DNA from: a virus
Lineage: Duplodnaviria > Heunggongvirae > Uroviricota > Caudoviricetes
Length of the DNA: 64,000 bases
Virus record (IMG/VR): IMGVR_UViG_3300037312_000757
Reading direction: 5' to 3' (one strand)
The notes beneath the pieces are model-generated. The model did not search any database, was not told the origin of the DNA, and worked only from the letters and a program-made list of their open reading frames with translations. The stretch's first letter is position 1; every line of letters begins with the position of its first letter. Below, piece by piece: positions 36,069 through 47,600 of the stretch. The position numbers and the translations under genes are program-made.

Positions 36069-38576
36069 ATGGCTGACAAATCAACACCAGATTTTACCGA
36101 TTCGAGTGCTTCCGCTAACGTAGCACAGAACCAGAAAGTATCGAAGCTTGCCCCATCAACATTCAGTGTTTCTGGTGTTCTAGGTGATTCGGCAAGCTCT
36201 ACTGGCTTGGCTACACTCGGCAATACCACACTCTTTACTCAAGCTTCAAAAACAGCCGCTACCGGTGTAGCAGCCAGTTTGGGCCTTGCTGGTGGACAGA
36301 CGGTTACAACTACCCCATTGTCAGACACTACCACGGCTGTCGTTGGTGCTCAAATCCTTAGTAATGCAAGTGATGCATCATGGCAAGGAAACGTGTTGTC
36401 AGATGTGGATCAAGCCACCTACAATATTCGTTTCTTCATTACTGACGATACGCCGATTTCTTTCTCAACCGCCACGTCATGGGCTGATGCTCGTTCAAAG
36501 GTTGCGGCTAGAAAGTCCACCACGATCGCACAATCTGGTGTTACCGGTCTCGCAATCGAAAGCTTGACAATCAAGTCTATTCCTGCACCCAACCAAGTCA
36601 CACGTTCAGTAGCTGCTACAGAAATGACCTTGGTGGTTAAAGAACCGCTTGGTGTGAGCTTCTTCGACATGCTCGCTCAAGCAGCAGCTCAGCTTGGTAT
36701 TAGCAACTTTAGTAAGTTCTACTACTTTATCGAAGTCACGTTCAAGGGTTATGACACTACTGGCGGTTTTGACTTCAATCCATGTGTTGATTTTCCTAAC
36801 GGTGGATCATGGCTGTATCAAGTTGGTATCACAAACATTCAAGTCGAAGCCAATGCGTCTGGTAGCACGTACACGATCTCATGCATTCCAGCAGAAGAAG
36901 ATATATATGCTGAATTGGATCTGAAACTACCATTCCCATATTTGCCAAAGGGTACCACTATTGGTGAAATGCTGAATGACTTAGCAGCAGCATTGAACAG
37001 TAATAATCTGATCATGTACGGCGATCAGCTGACTGAATACGGCTTCAATTTGGCACCGTTTATCATGAACGGGAAAACCGTAGATCCATCAAAATGGAAA
37101 CTAACGCCAAACCAGATTGACTACAGTGATATCCGAAGTTCAGCTATGGGTACGACGGAAGGTGTGGACCAGAATACACCACACAAGGCGGCGTTCTCGA
37201 AGGGTATGAACATCACCGACGTGATCGAACAGCTTTTCGTTAGCTGCCCAGACGCACAGCTTTACGCAAAGGACGTCCAAACTGAAGGACAATTGGACAA
37301 AAACGACAACTCAACTCGTAACTGTATCGTGTTCCGTCACGAACCATCAATTGATTTCGGTGATTATCTGCCTTCAGTCAACCAATACGAAAAGAAGGTC
37401 ACGTTCAATATTCTGAGCTATTTCACAACCAAGCCAATTGTATCAGATGCTGATATTACGAATGCTAGTGTGACAACCAATCAGAAACAAAAGGTTACCA
37501 ACTTCACAGAAAGCGGTTATCTTGTAAAGCGTTACGACTATATGTTCACAGGCTTGAATACTGAGGTTCTGAACTTCGACTTCAAGTTTAATATGAATTG
37601 GTCCGCAACACTACCATATCTGTATGGTTTGCAAGGTACAAACGTATCGATGACTGATCAAGCAAAGGCACGTCCTGATGCGCAGGATTATCAACAATTG
37701 CAGAGCCAGATGCAGACCTTGGTTCAGAAGAATAACGAATTGAAGCAAAAGCTGCAAACGCTGCAAGAAGAAGATACTTCGCTGAAGACAAATAATGCCA
37801 GCTCAAGTGCTGACAAGTTGAAAGAAAATGCAGCCAAGGAATTCGAGATCACTGACTCGATTACTAGAACCAGCAACCAAATTGGTGCTCTTAAGGCAAA
37901 GTTGACAAACGCGGCACAACAGACAAAGCAAGATGCTTTACTGGCAAAGAAACAAGTATTGGATCAAGCATCAAGCTTGTCATACGCAGAAGACGCTTTG
38001 ACAAACACCGATGTACCACGTATGCCGGTTTCGATCAAGCAAGCTCCAAATCCAACAGCTTATGGCGCTGGTCCATTGCCTGCTACTTACACTCGTGACC
38101 GTTCAATCTATGGTGCAATTCTAGACCAGATTTACGGTCCGGTAACAGCAGACTTGCAAAGCATCGAAATCGCAGTACGTGGTGATCCATATTGGCTAGG
38201 AGCCAGTAATTTGGAACGTTGTGTGAATCGATGGGTACATATCGACGTACCACGTGATCATATGTCAAAGAATCTGATCAATGTAAAACAGGTTGATTAT
38301 ACCTATGGTGACATTATGTTCTTGTTGGCATTCAAGTACCCACTGGGTGTCAATGACGATGGTTCGCCAATCTTCAAGTACAACGAAAGCTTTACTGGTA
38401 TCTATCGTGTCACACAGGTAACACACACTTTTTCCGGTGGTGTGTTCAAGCAAGATATCAGTGCTGCTCGTATGGCATTGACTGACGCATTTAAGGCACT
38501 GGATTTTAACACCAGCGCGCAAACTCAAAACATTATTGCTTCTAACCAAACAGTTAGCGGGCAATCCACACAATAA
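36069..38576 (+). CDS. Baseplate hub protein (gp27-like)
   Basis: Between gp53 and gp5; VRGDPYWL and GIYRVTQVTHTFSGGVFKQ. Confidence 0.65.
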   Translation: MADKSTPDFTDSSASANVAQNQKVSKLAPSTFSVSGVLGDSASSTGLATLGNTTLFTQASKTAATGVAASLGLAGGQTVTTTPLSDTTTAVVGAQILSNASDASWQGNVLSDVDQATYNIRFFITDDTPISFSTATSWADARSKVAARKSTTIAQSGVTGLAIESLTIKSIPAPNQVTRSVAATEMTLVVKEPLGVSFFDMLAQAAAQLGISNFSKFYYFIEVTFKGYDTTGGFDFNPCVDFPNGGSWLYQVGITNIQVEANASGSTYTISCIPAEEDIYAELDLKLPFPYLPKGTTIGEMLNDLAAALNSNNLIMYGDQLTEYGFNLAPFIMNGKTVDPSKWKLTPNQIDYSDIRSSAMGTTEGVDQNTPHKAAFSKGMNITDVIEQLFVSCPDAQLYAKDVQTEGQLDKNDNSTRNCIVFRHEPSIDFGDYLPSVNQYEKKVTFNILSYFTTKPIVSDADITNASVTTNQKQKVTNFTESGYLVKRYDYMFTGLNTEVLNFDFKFNMNWSATLPYLYGLQGTNVSMTDQAKARPDAQDYQQLQSQMQTLVQKNNELKQKLQTLQEEDTSLKTNNASSSADKLKENAAKEFEITDSITRTSNQIGALKAKLTNAAQQTKQDALLAKKQVLDQASSLSYAEDALTNTDVPRMPVSIKQAPNPTAYGAGPLPATYTRDRSIYGAILDQIYGPVTADLQSIEIAVRGDPYWLGASNLERCVNRWVHIDVPRDHMSKNLINVKQVDYTYGDIMFLLAFKYPLGVNDDGSPIFKYNESFTGIYRVTQVTHTFSGGVFKQDISAARMALTDAFKALDFNTSAQTQNIIASNQTVSGQSTQ

Positions 38577-38584
38577 AAAGAACT

Positions 38585-40675
38585 ATGAGTTTCAGTTCAT
38601 TCAAGTCAACCCCATCTGGTTACAAAAACGAACCAGGTGCAGGTCGCATAGTAGAAGGAAAGATCTACATTGGTATCGTGAAGAACAATGTGGACATGCA
38701 ACGCATGGGCCGTCTGGAAGTGTATATCCCAGAAATGGGCGGCGATCCGAAAAATACAGCACACTGGTTTATCGTCAGTTACGCTTCTCCATTCGCCGGT
38801 GTTTCAGACCCATCAGCACGTGTTGCTAACTCACACCTCTACGGAGAAAGCCAACAATCATACGGATGGTGGGCAGTTCCGCCTGATGTTGAAAACCAAG
38901 TGCTAGTCACCTTCGTCAACGGTGAAGCATCAAAGGGATTCTGGTTCGCTTGCATATACTCGCAGAACATGAACCACATGGTTCCTGGTGTTGCGATTGA
39001 TAACAGTTTCGACATGAATGGTGACAAAAGCATGCCACCAGTTGTCGAATACAATAAGCTTGATCCATCAATCAACACTAACGCCCCTGTCCGTCCACGC
39101 TTTGATCCATTGGCAGCAGGCTTGGTTCAACAAGGTCTGACCTACGACTTCGAACGAGGTTCAGCGTCATCATCAGCACGACGCGAAGCACCATCACGAG
39201 TGTTCGGTTATCTGACCCCACGAGCAAACCAAGTCTACGTTGACGACAATCCAGACAACGAATTCATCCGTCTCCGTACTCGCTCAGGCACACAAGTCCT
39301 GGTACACGAAACTAATGGTTACGTCTACATCAACTCAGGTTTGGGCAACTCATGGATCGAAGTATCAGATGCTGGCGTCGATATCTACACAGCTGGTTCA
39401 ATTAGTTGCCACGCAGAACAAGACTTCAATGTCAGAGCAGATCGAAACATCAATCTCGATGCGGGTGCAAATGTCGTAGTCACCGCCGGTGGAAACATAC
39501 AGACTCAAAGTGGTATGAATACCTCCATGTCAGCTGGCGGTACTCTGAAGCTTCTATCAGTCGGCGACATGAGTGGATTGTCACAAGCACAATTGCTATT
39601 CACGGCCACAGGTAATCTGCAACTGTCAACGGCAGCAGCAATGACAGCTTCAGCTTCTGGCGATGTCAACCTGAAGGCTGACGGTAATATGGTAACCGGT
39701 GCCGGAGGTAACCACTCCACTAAGGCAGGCACGATCATCCGTCAAGCCGGCTCAATCAAGGACAACAGCGGTGCTGCACCTGATCCAACAACCGCAGCAC
39801 AAGCAACACAACCAGATGCAATCCAGGTTACACAACAAACCGATGGTGCTAATACGGTGAAGACTCCAGTCAGCCGTATGCCAACACACGAACCATGGAA
39901 AGGCCATCCAAAGTCAAAGAGCACAAAACCACCAGCTGGACAAGTGGCATCAGCTCCATTCTCACCAAATGGTCAAACAGATAGAACTTCACCATTCAAA
40001 CAAAAGCCTGGTGAAGGTACATCTAACCAACCAGATTCCACCCCTCTGACTACCGGTGACGGTAAAGCAGGTGTGATCCCAAATCCATCACTGAGCGGAA
40101 ATACATCTAATATCAACGGCTTCAAAATCCCCGTGGAAGTGATGAACGCAATCAGAAAAGCCTCCAGCATCACAGGAGTCGATATCGGCGTTCTGATGGC
40201 AATCTGCGCAACAGAGTCAGGCTTCAACCCAAATGCCTCGGCGCGACCAGCTTCAACAGCAGACGGCCTCTACCAATTCCTGGACGGCTCATGGAAAGAT
40301 ATCATCAAACGATACCCACAATACAATATCACCCAGTCCATGAAGAAAGACCCAGAAGCATCAGCTCTGATGGGCGCAGCCTATGCGGCCGAAAATACAA
40401 AAATCCTCCAGAAAGGACTAGGACGAACTCCACAACCAACTGACATCTACATGGCACACTTCATGGGTCCAGGAGGAGCTCTCAAATTCCTTAAGGCAGA
40501 TCCAACCGCCAATGCACGCTCAGTGGTACCAGCCTGGGTGGTGACCTCCAATCCAGATATCTTTAAGGTGTCATCAACAGTACAAGATGTCTACGACGGC
40601 TTCCAAAAGAAGATCGGCGGTCGCTGTGTAGCATTCGCCGCTAAAGCTAATTCTAGTGGTACCGCTACCGCTTAA
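38585..40675 (+). CDS. gp5: Central spike (gp5/VgrG-like) with C-terminal lytic transglycosylase domain
   Basis: OB fold (GIVKNNVD..RMGRLEVYIP, YGWWAVPPDV), beta-helix repeats, HEPWKGH, then ATESGFNPNA..ADGLYQF. Confidence 0.85.
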   Translation: MSFSSFKSTPSGYKNEPGAGRIVEGKIYIGIVKNNVDMQRMGRLEVYIPEMGGDPKNTAHWFIVSYASPFAGVSDPSARVANSHLYGESQQSYGWWAVPPDVENQVLVTFVNGEASKGFWFACIYSQNMNHMVPGVAIDNSFDMNGDKSMPPVVEYNKLDPSINTNAPVRPRFDPLAAGLVQQGLTYDFERGSASSSARREAPSRVFGYLTPRANQVYVDDNPDNEFIRLRTRSGTQVLVHETNGYVYINSGLGNSWIEVSDAGVDIYTAGSISCHAEQDFNVRADRNINLDAGANVVVTAGGNIQTQSGMNTSMSAGGTLKLLSVGDMSGLSQAQLLFTATGNLQLSTAAAMTASASGDVNLKADGNMVTGAGGNHSTKAGTIIRQAGSIKDNSGAAPDPTTAAQATQPDAIQVTQQTDGANTVKTPVSRMPTHEPWKGHPKSKSTKPPAGQVASAPFSPNGQTDRTSPFKQKPGEGTSNQPDSTPLTTGDGKAGVIPNPSLSGNTSNINGFKIPVEVMNAIRKASSITGVDIGVLMAICATESGFNPNASARPASTADGLYQFLDGSWKDIIKRYPQYNITQSMKKDPEASALMGAAYAAENTKILQKGLGRTPQPTDIYMAHFMGPGGALKFLKADPTANARSVVPAWVVTSNPDIFKVSSTVQDVYDGFQKKIGGRCVAFAAKANSSGTATA

Positions 40676-40706
40676 TCCTCTATGAGATCACTATTTCAGG
40701 AATAAT

Positions 40707-40831
40707 TCATGGAGGTTAATGATAGTCGGTAAACCCTATGGCTATGTCAAACCCAGAGAGAACTCCCTATTATTTCATGGAGGTTACCACTACTTCCTGA
40801 TAGTACGAAACCCAGGCAGAAGTCTGGGTTT
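40707..40831 (-). repeat. Two inverted units of the same bipartite A/B motif as 10168-10428
   Basis: Reverse-complement B at 40707-40718 and 40775-40786; reverse-complement A at 40749-40765 and 40808-40824. Confidence 0.9.
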
Positions 40832-40843
40832 TCCATTATCTGA

Positions 40844-40866
40844 GCATTTAATTCGATGAATAAATA
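40844..40866 (+). promoter_or_regulatory. Late promoter with upstream GCATTTAATTCG element
   Basis: GCATTTAATTCG-N4-ATAAATA, same as 55511-55533. Confidence 0.65.
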
Positions 40867-40889
40867 AGTACATAATCGGATGAAAGATA

Positions 40890-41291
40890 ATGAGCAAATT
40901 CACATTCACTGGGTTCAGCAGCATTACGGCTGACAAAGGTGGCAGCAAAACACTGCACGATCTGCAACTCATCGAACAGGATTTGTATGTTCGTTTCCAT
41001 GTACTTCCAGGTGAACAAGTTATGCGCCCTGAACGTGGCTGCACTATTTGGTACAAGCTGGAAGAGCCATTTACTCAAAACCTTGTAGACGGCATCAAAG
41101 CAGAAGCAACTCGTATCTGTGAGTTGGATCCTCGCTTGAGCGTCGTAAGTGTGAATGTAATCCAATATGAACATGGCATTCGTCTGGAAATCGTACTGAA
41201 CTACATTCCATACAACTCAATTGGTACTTTCATCGTTGACTTCAATAATCGCCAATCTGCGCTTTCAGCGACAGTGGGGGACAATAGCTAA
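40890..41291 (+). CDS. gp25: Baseplate wedge subunit
   Basis: DLQLIEQDL, GEQVMRPERGCTIW..LEEP, DPRL. Confidence 0.88.
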   Translation: MSKFTFTGFSSITADKGGSKTLHDLQLIEQDLYVRFHVLPGEQVMRPERGCTIWYKLEEPFTQNLVDGIKAEATRICELDPRLSVVSVNVIQYEHGIRLEIVLNYIPYNSIGTFIVDFNNRQSALSATVGDNS

Positions 41292-44200
41292 TGAGCAGCA
41301 ACCAACAAATTCGACAAAGTGAACTGTTTGCCGGTCAGGACTGGACGGTCCTCTACCGTGCGTTCACTCAGATCAACTTTAATGCAAGTGATCCAGCAAG
41401 CATCAATACTGCTCTGCAAAACTATATTCAGACGAACTACCCTGAGGACTTCAACGACTGGATTGAAGATCAGGAATTCGTCATGCTCATCGACTTGCTG
41501 TCATGGTTGGCTGGTACACTGGCTTTCCGTACTGACGTCAATGCTCGTGAAAACTTCCTGGAAACTGCCCAGTCCCGCGAATCAGTATTGCGTCTGGCAC
41601 GCTTCCTGAGCTACAATGCGCGTCGCGCACAGTCAGCTCGAGGCCTAGTAAAGATTACCAATGTGAAGACCAGCCAGAGCGTCTACGACAGTTTTGGAAC
41701 TAATCTCAACAACCAACAGGTTAACTGGAACGATCCAGACAATCCTGACTGGATGGAACAATTCACAGTCGTACTCAATGCTGCATTTCCAACAACCAAT
41801 CCGTTTGGTATTCCTCTGAAGACTGCAACCGTGTCTTCCGTACCAACTCAGCTCTATGCACTGAACAACGCCGCAAACACATCATGCGTGTATTCGTACA
41901 GTGCTAACGTGGAAGGCAATAGCGATTCATTCGAAATCGTGAACATGGATTTCGATACGTCTGGTTTCTCGGAACTTGATCCTAATCCATCACAAGCATT
42001 CCACATGGCTTACCGTAACGATGGTCTTGGTAATTCAAGCTCACGTACTGGTTTCTTCATGCTGTTCAAGCAGGGTACACTTCAGTCATCAACTTACTAT
42101 CTGGCTGATCCTATCGAAAATCGTGTGATCGATGTCAACACAAACAACATCAGCCAGACTGACGTGTGGGTTCAGACTATCGACAGTTCATCCAATGTCA
42201 CAACACAATGGACACAAGTTCCAACGGTTGTAACCGACAACATCACATTCAACAGTGTTGCACCATCAGTTCGCAGCATTTACAGCGTCGTTACTCGTGA
42301 CAGCGACCAGATCTCATTCCGTTTTGGTGATGGTACATTTGGTAACGTGCCAGTCGGAAACCTGCGTTTGTGGTATCGTACAGTCAACGGACTGCAATAT
42401 CAGTTGAGTCCAACTGACATGCAGAACTGTCAGATTGCCATCCCATACACAGACGTGACTGGTCGTAACCAAACACTGACATTAACATTTTCATTGCAGG
42501 AGACAATCTCCAATGCAGTGTCAAGCGAAGACATTGACGATATTCGTCGTCGCGCTCCACAAGCATTTGCATCACAAAACCGTATGGTGTCCGGTGAAGA
42601 CTACAACGTCTACCCACTGACATCTAACGAAATCGTGAAGATGCACGCAGTGAACCGTATCTACTCAGGCCACAGCCGTTATCTTGATATCAACGACCCA
42701 ACGTCAACATACCAAGATACCGTTGTGTACAGTGACGATGGTTGGATGTACACCTTGCCAACTACACAGTATCTGAATATCCCAACCACTGCTAACTTGA
42801 CACCAGAACAGTTGGCAGTGAACAAGCTGCAACCAATGCTCCAGCAGATTTCTCTGCGTGATTACTTCATCAATCTCTGGATGGATACGTACTCAGGTGC
42901 GATGTCAATTCCATTTGGTACAGCCACATGGACAACACAGTCAGGTAATGGATGGAGTGCAACTGGTGCAATCATTATCAGTACAAGTGCTGATAATGAT
43001 ACCATCTATCCGCTGTTCGACTTCTTGACAACAGGTGCGCAACTGAAGGTACAGTGGGACGACTACACATCTGGTTCTAAGGTTACGAAAACTCAATGGG
43101 TCCAAGTTAACCAGTGCAACGTTATCCGTAACGTCACACAGTTGACAGCTGGTGCAATCCCCGACTTCGTTAGCCAGCTATCAGCTGCTGGTGCTCTAGT
43201 TGCTGATGAAACAATTCAAACTGGTGCTTCGATTATTCAAATATGCCCGGCATTCCGCAGCGAGCTGAATAACCAAACACCAAGCGATCTGTCAGCAACC
43301 GAGTTGGCACAAGTGCAGAACTATTTCACAACTCGCCGTCCATTCTCACTGTGGTATCAATTCAGCTTGAACACCTTGCTGAACAGCGGTGAAATGATTC
43401 CTGGTACTTGGAATGTTCTGGACTTTAACTCGACTGGCCCGGCAACCATCAACTCGTTGCCAGCTGTTCATGTTGCTGATATCCAGTATATTGGTTCATC
43501 ATTCTGGACTATTGAAGTCAAGACTGGTACAAAGTTTGTGTTTCAAAGCCTGAACAACGTACAGTGGTTCAACGATGCTGATGCATCAATTGTTGACGCA
43601 AACACTGGTCTGGCTGTTCGTGATCATATCACATTCATGACACCAGATCTGAATGATGTAAGCTTCGACATTTCATCAGCAATGTATGAGAGTGATGGGT
43701 TTGTGGACCCAACACGTGTGATCGTTACACCAACGGATTCTGATAGTGATGGTAACCCTGACGACCCAGAAGTATTCGAGACGGTGGTAGCAAGCAATAC
43801 CGACAACTTTGGATGGGTATTCTTCTATGGCGACCCATCATCACAGGATTCTGGTCTGCAACCACTTGACATCAAGGCATACAAAGCGATGCCTGGTAAT
43901 GGTCAGTTTGTAGATGGTACGATTTTCTGTCTGATTAACGATACAGCTGGTACACAGACATTCTACAAATATATGAATGGCGTCCCAGCGGTTATCACAA
44001 ACACCGGTTATGTGGCTCTGCGTGGTGCTGGCAATCTGAAGTTCCAGTGGAAACACTTCTCGAATCTAGATACACGTATCGACCCAGCAATTACCAACGT
44101 AATTGATGCGTTCGTTCTGACATACGAATATGACTATTTGGTGCGTCAGTGGATTGCTGCTGGTTGTGACCCAGAGACAGAACCAACAGCACCAACAGAT

Positions 44201-44650
44201 GTGAGTTTGGAGTCACAGTTTAGTGATCTCGAACAGTACAAGATGTTCAGTGATCAGATCGTGTGGCGCCCGGTCAAGTACAAGTATTTGTTTGGATCTA
44301 CAGCTGAAACAGAACTGCAAGCACAGTTCAAGGTTGTTAAGATTCCGAACACAACAATGAGTGATGGTGAAATTCGATCAAATATTATCGCGGCAATCAA
44401 CTCTTACTTCGATGTAAATAAGTGGGAGTTCGGAGAAACATTCTACTTCTCTGAACTGGCTGCTTATATCCACATCCAGTTGGCAACAGCAATTAGTTCT
44501 GTTGTCATTGTCCCAACTGCACCAACGAGTGTATTTGGTAACTTGTTCGAAGTGCGTAGCAACAGCGATGAACTGTTTATCAGCACAGCACAAGTTAGCG
44601 ATATTGTGATCATTAGCTCCAATACTGCTTCCAATCTACGGATTTCATAA
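41291..44650 (+). CDS. gp6: Baseplate wedge subunit
   Basis: YPEDFNDWIE, ENFLETAQSRESVLRLA, FGDGTFGNVP, QNRMVSGEDY. Confidence 0.9.
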   Translation: MSSNQQIRQSELFAGQDWTVLYRAFTQINFNASDPASINTALQNYIQTNYPEDFNDWIEDQEFVMLIDLLSWLAGTLAFRTDVNARENFLETAQSRESVLRLARFLSYNARRAQSARGLVKITNVKTSQSVYDSFGTNLNNQQVNWNDPDNPDWMEQFTVVLNAAFPTTNPFGIPLKTATVSSVPTQLYALNNAANTSCVYSYSANVEGNSDSFEIVNMDFDTSGFSELDPNPSQAFHMAYRNDGLGNSSSRTGFFMLFKQGTLQSSTYYLADPIENRVIDVNTNNISQTDVWVQTIDSSSNVTTQWTQVPTVVTDNITFNSVAPSVRSIYSVVTRDSDQISFRFGDGTFGNVPVGNLRLWYRTVNGLQYQLSPTDMQNCQIAIPYTDVTGRNQTLTLTFSLQETISNAVSSEDIDDIRRRAPQAFASQNRMVSGEDYNVYPLTSNEIVKMHAVNRIYSGHSRYLDINDPTSTYQDTVVYSDDGWMYTLPTTQYLNIPTTANLTPEQLAVNKLQPMLQQISLRDYFINLWMDTYSGAMSIPFGTATWTTQSGNGWSATGAIIISTSADNDTIYPLFDFLTTGAQLKVQWDDYTSGSKVTKTQWVQVNQCNVIRNVTQLTAGAIPDFVSQLSAAGALVADETIQTGASIIQICPAFRSELNNQTPSDLSATELAQVQNYFTTRRPFSLWYQFSLNTLLNSGEMIPGTWNVLDFNSTGPATINSLPAVHVADIQYIGSSFWTIEVKTGTKFVFQSLNNVQWFNDADASIVDANTGLAVRDHITFMTPDLNDVSFDISSAMYESDGFVDPTRVIVTPTDSDSDGNPDDPEVFETVVASNTDNFGWVFFYGDPSSQDSGLQPLDIKAYKAMPGNGQFVDGTIFCLINDTAGTQTFYKYMNGVPAVITNTGYVALRGAGNLKFQWKHFSNLDTRIDPAITNVIDAFVLTYEYDYLVRQWIAAGCDPETEPTAPTDVSLESQFSDLEQYKMFSDQIVWRPVKYKYLFGSTAETELQAQFKVVKIPNTTMSDGEIRSNIIAAINSYFDVNKWEFGETFYFSELAAYIHIQLATAISSVVIVPTAPTSVFGNLFEVRSNSDELFISTAQVSDIVIISSNTASNLRIS

Positions 44651-47600
44651 TGGCGCAACGTCAGTTTATTAAACAACTACCTGTTGTCCAACAGACAACA
44701 ACGCTTCAAAAGTTCTTCAACGCAACGGTTGACCAGGTATTCCAGCCTGGTCAACTGCAGAACGTGAACGCGTTTATTGGTAGAAAGCCATCCTATTACA
44801 ACGCCAACACTGACTTCTACAAGCCAGAGTACGATGCCGAACGTGCATTCTATCAGCTTGAGCCAACAATGGTTAGTGCTGACACATCAGGTGTAACTCA
44901 GGATCTGTTGTTCTACATGGACGTAGTCAACAACCTGCGTTACCAAGGCGCACTTGTGAATAATCACGAACGCTTGTTCGAAACTGATTACTACACATGG
45001 TGCCCACCAATTAATCTCGACATGTTGGAGAACTATCGCAACTACTACTGGTTGCCAGATGGTCCTCCAATCATGACATTTGACATCCCAGTGAACACAT
45101 ACACTGGTGATGGCACCAAAACAGTTTTCACAGCACCGGACAGTCTTCCTGATTCAATCGTCAACGTAAAGGTCAAAGTGCAAGGTGACTATGTTACCGA
45201 CTTCACTTACGCTAATGGCGAAGTAACGTTCGATACTGCACCAACTGCTGGCCAGACAATCCAAATTTGGACAAACGGTGGCTTCGTAGCAAACATTAAC
45301 GGTCAAACTTCATACACATACCCAGGTACTGTAACTGCTTATGCAGTCGAGCAAAAGTCAGTATCAGAAACATTGCAACAAGATGTACCATGGGATTCAG
45401 AAGCTTGGTCAACTAACGACATGATTACATGGGAAGTTCAGAACTATCTGGATACCCAATCAATCAAGTACAGCTACCCAACAATCACATTGGACCCAGC
45501 TCCTGCCCTCGTTCGTGGCATGCTTGTCGAAATCAAGGATGACACATGGGAACATGCTTGGGACGTTGCCGCATGGGATGAAGATCTGTGGGAAACCAAC
45601 ACCGCACTGGAAGTTGACGTTCAGAAACAAAACGATGAAATGGTCATCGAGATGATCGATCAGGATCCAAATCTGGTTCGTCGCGAAGATCCACAATACT
45701 GGACCATTGAACGTCGTTCAGTATCAGAAAACCAGTGGAGTCTGAACAATCGTTGGTATCACCGAGATATTATCTTCTACAGCGGTAATGAGTATTCACC
45801 AGCAAAGGCAAAACGTCCGATCCTCGAGTTCTTCAACAGCATCAAGCTGTTCAACTATGGTGTGAACCACCTTGACGACGTAGATGCGATTTACGATGGT
45901 GTGACATTCGATGTGTCAACTCTGACTGCTGGGACACGTATTCTGGTTGTAAACTCAACCACCACGAACGTTTCAGATGGTACCTACTTCGTTGGTCTGA
46001 ATACTAGCAATGTCAAGACACTAATTGCTGACGCGTCAGCAATTCAATACGACATCGTGAAGGCAACTAACGGTGTTGAGTACTGGTTCAACGGTACGAA
46101 GTGGATCAAGGCACAAGCATACGGTAACCAACCACCACTGTTCGATCTATTCGACGGCAACAGCACAAGTGTGGTTGATCAATCGGTTTACCCAGCCAGC
46201 ACATTCGCTGGTTCAGCAATCTTTGCTTACTCACAAGACACGACAGGTACAACACCAACTGATAGTGTCTTGGGTATCGCACCGGTATTCAACACATACG
46301 GTTCGTTCGAGTTCGATAACAAGCTCGCAACTGACGCTTCAGATGTGCCTGGTCTGAAATACTATGCATTCACAACGTCAACAAGTGGTGTTGTGAATTT
46401 CGATTACGAAAGCTCATGGCACTATGCAGGTAAGACGAGCCAACCAATCGACAGCGCAACTGGGTTCTACGAGATTCCACAAAACCTGCAGGCTAACCCA
46501 AACAACGATGGAATCACAACGATTTCACGTAACGATTGGTTCCCTCAGTTCCAGCAAATCATGCCTGAAAACAACTGGCTATGGGACAGCAAGTATTACA
46601 ACTTGAACGCTGGTACAAATATCGTTCAGAACCGTGGTAACCTGCTGAAGACTATGCTGATGAGCTCAAACAAGAACATCGACGTAATGAAGTCAATGCT
46701 CTATGTTGAGCGTGAATACAGCCGTTACCGCGCAAAGCTGTCACAATACCTGACAACTATGTACAATAGTGGTCAGATTACAACCACGGCTGCTGCTCTT
46801 ACAACAGCATTGAACTACCTGAAGGTCACAAAGACATCAACCTTCTCGTTCTTCAACAACGGTATGGGCGGTGACAACTATTACATTCCAGCATCTGGTG
46901 CATACCTCGGTCTGACTCCACTGTGGAAACCAGAACTGATCATCCAGAACTCATCAGCTGGCGGCTGTGCAGTCATGTTGCGTGGCCACGATGGCAGCTT
47001 GCTACCAGGCTTCTCAAAGTACACAACTCAAAATGTTACTCTGACGGCTCAAGGTATCATGGTTGATGGGGTTGAGGAAGAACTCGACCTCCGCGATACC
47101 ATCTTGTTCGCTTACGAACAAATGCTGTACGCTGCTTGTGATTCATCACTGAAGGCACAACGTCGCCCAGTATTCGATATCAAAACCGTACAACCTGGTA
47201 AGTTCCGCACAACTGATTACTCACTGACAGAGTTCAACACTGTTGCAACTCCAATCTTTGAACGCTGGGTTGCTCGCGGTCAAAAAGACTATACCACAAA
47301 CAAGACATACGATCCAAACAATGTTTGGACATGGAACCTCAGCCAAGCTAAGGATGCCGATGGTCAAGCAATCCCAGGTTACTGGCGTGGTCTCTACGAT
47401 TACTACTTCGACACCGACCGCCCAGACACACATCCTTGGGAAATGCTGGGCTTTACAAGCAAACCAACATGGTGGGATATTCATTACTCATGGACAGATG
47501 CGACCAAGCGTGCCGCTCTGATTGCGGCAATCGTTGCTGGTAATGTGGCCGAACCACCAAGCACATCAATCGATCCTCTGTTTGCTCGTGCCGGTTTCGA

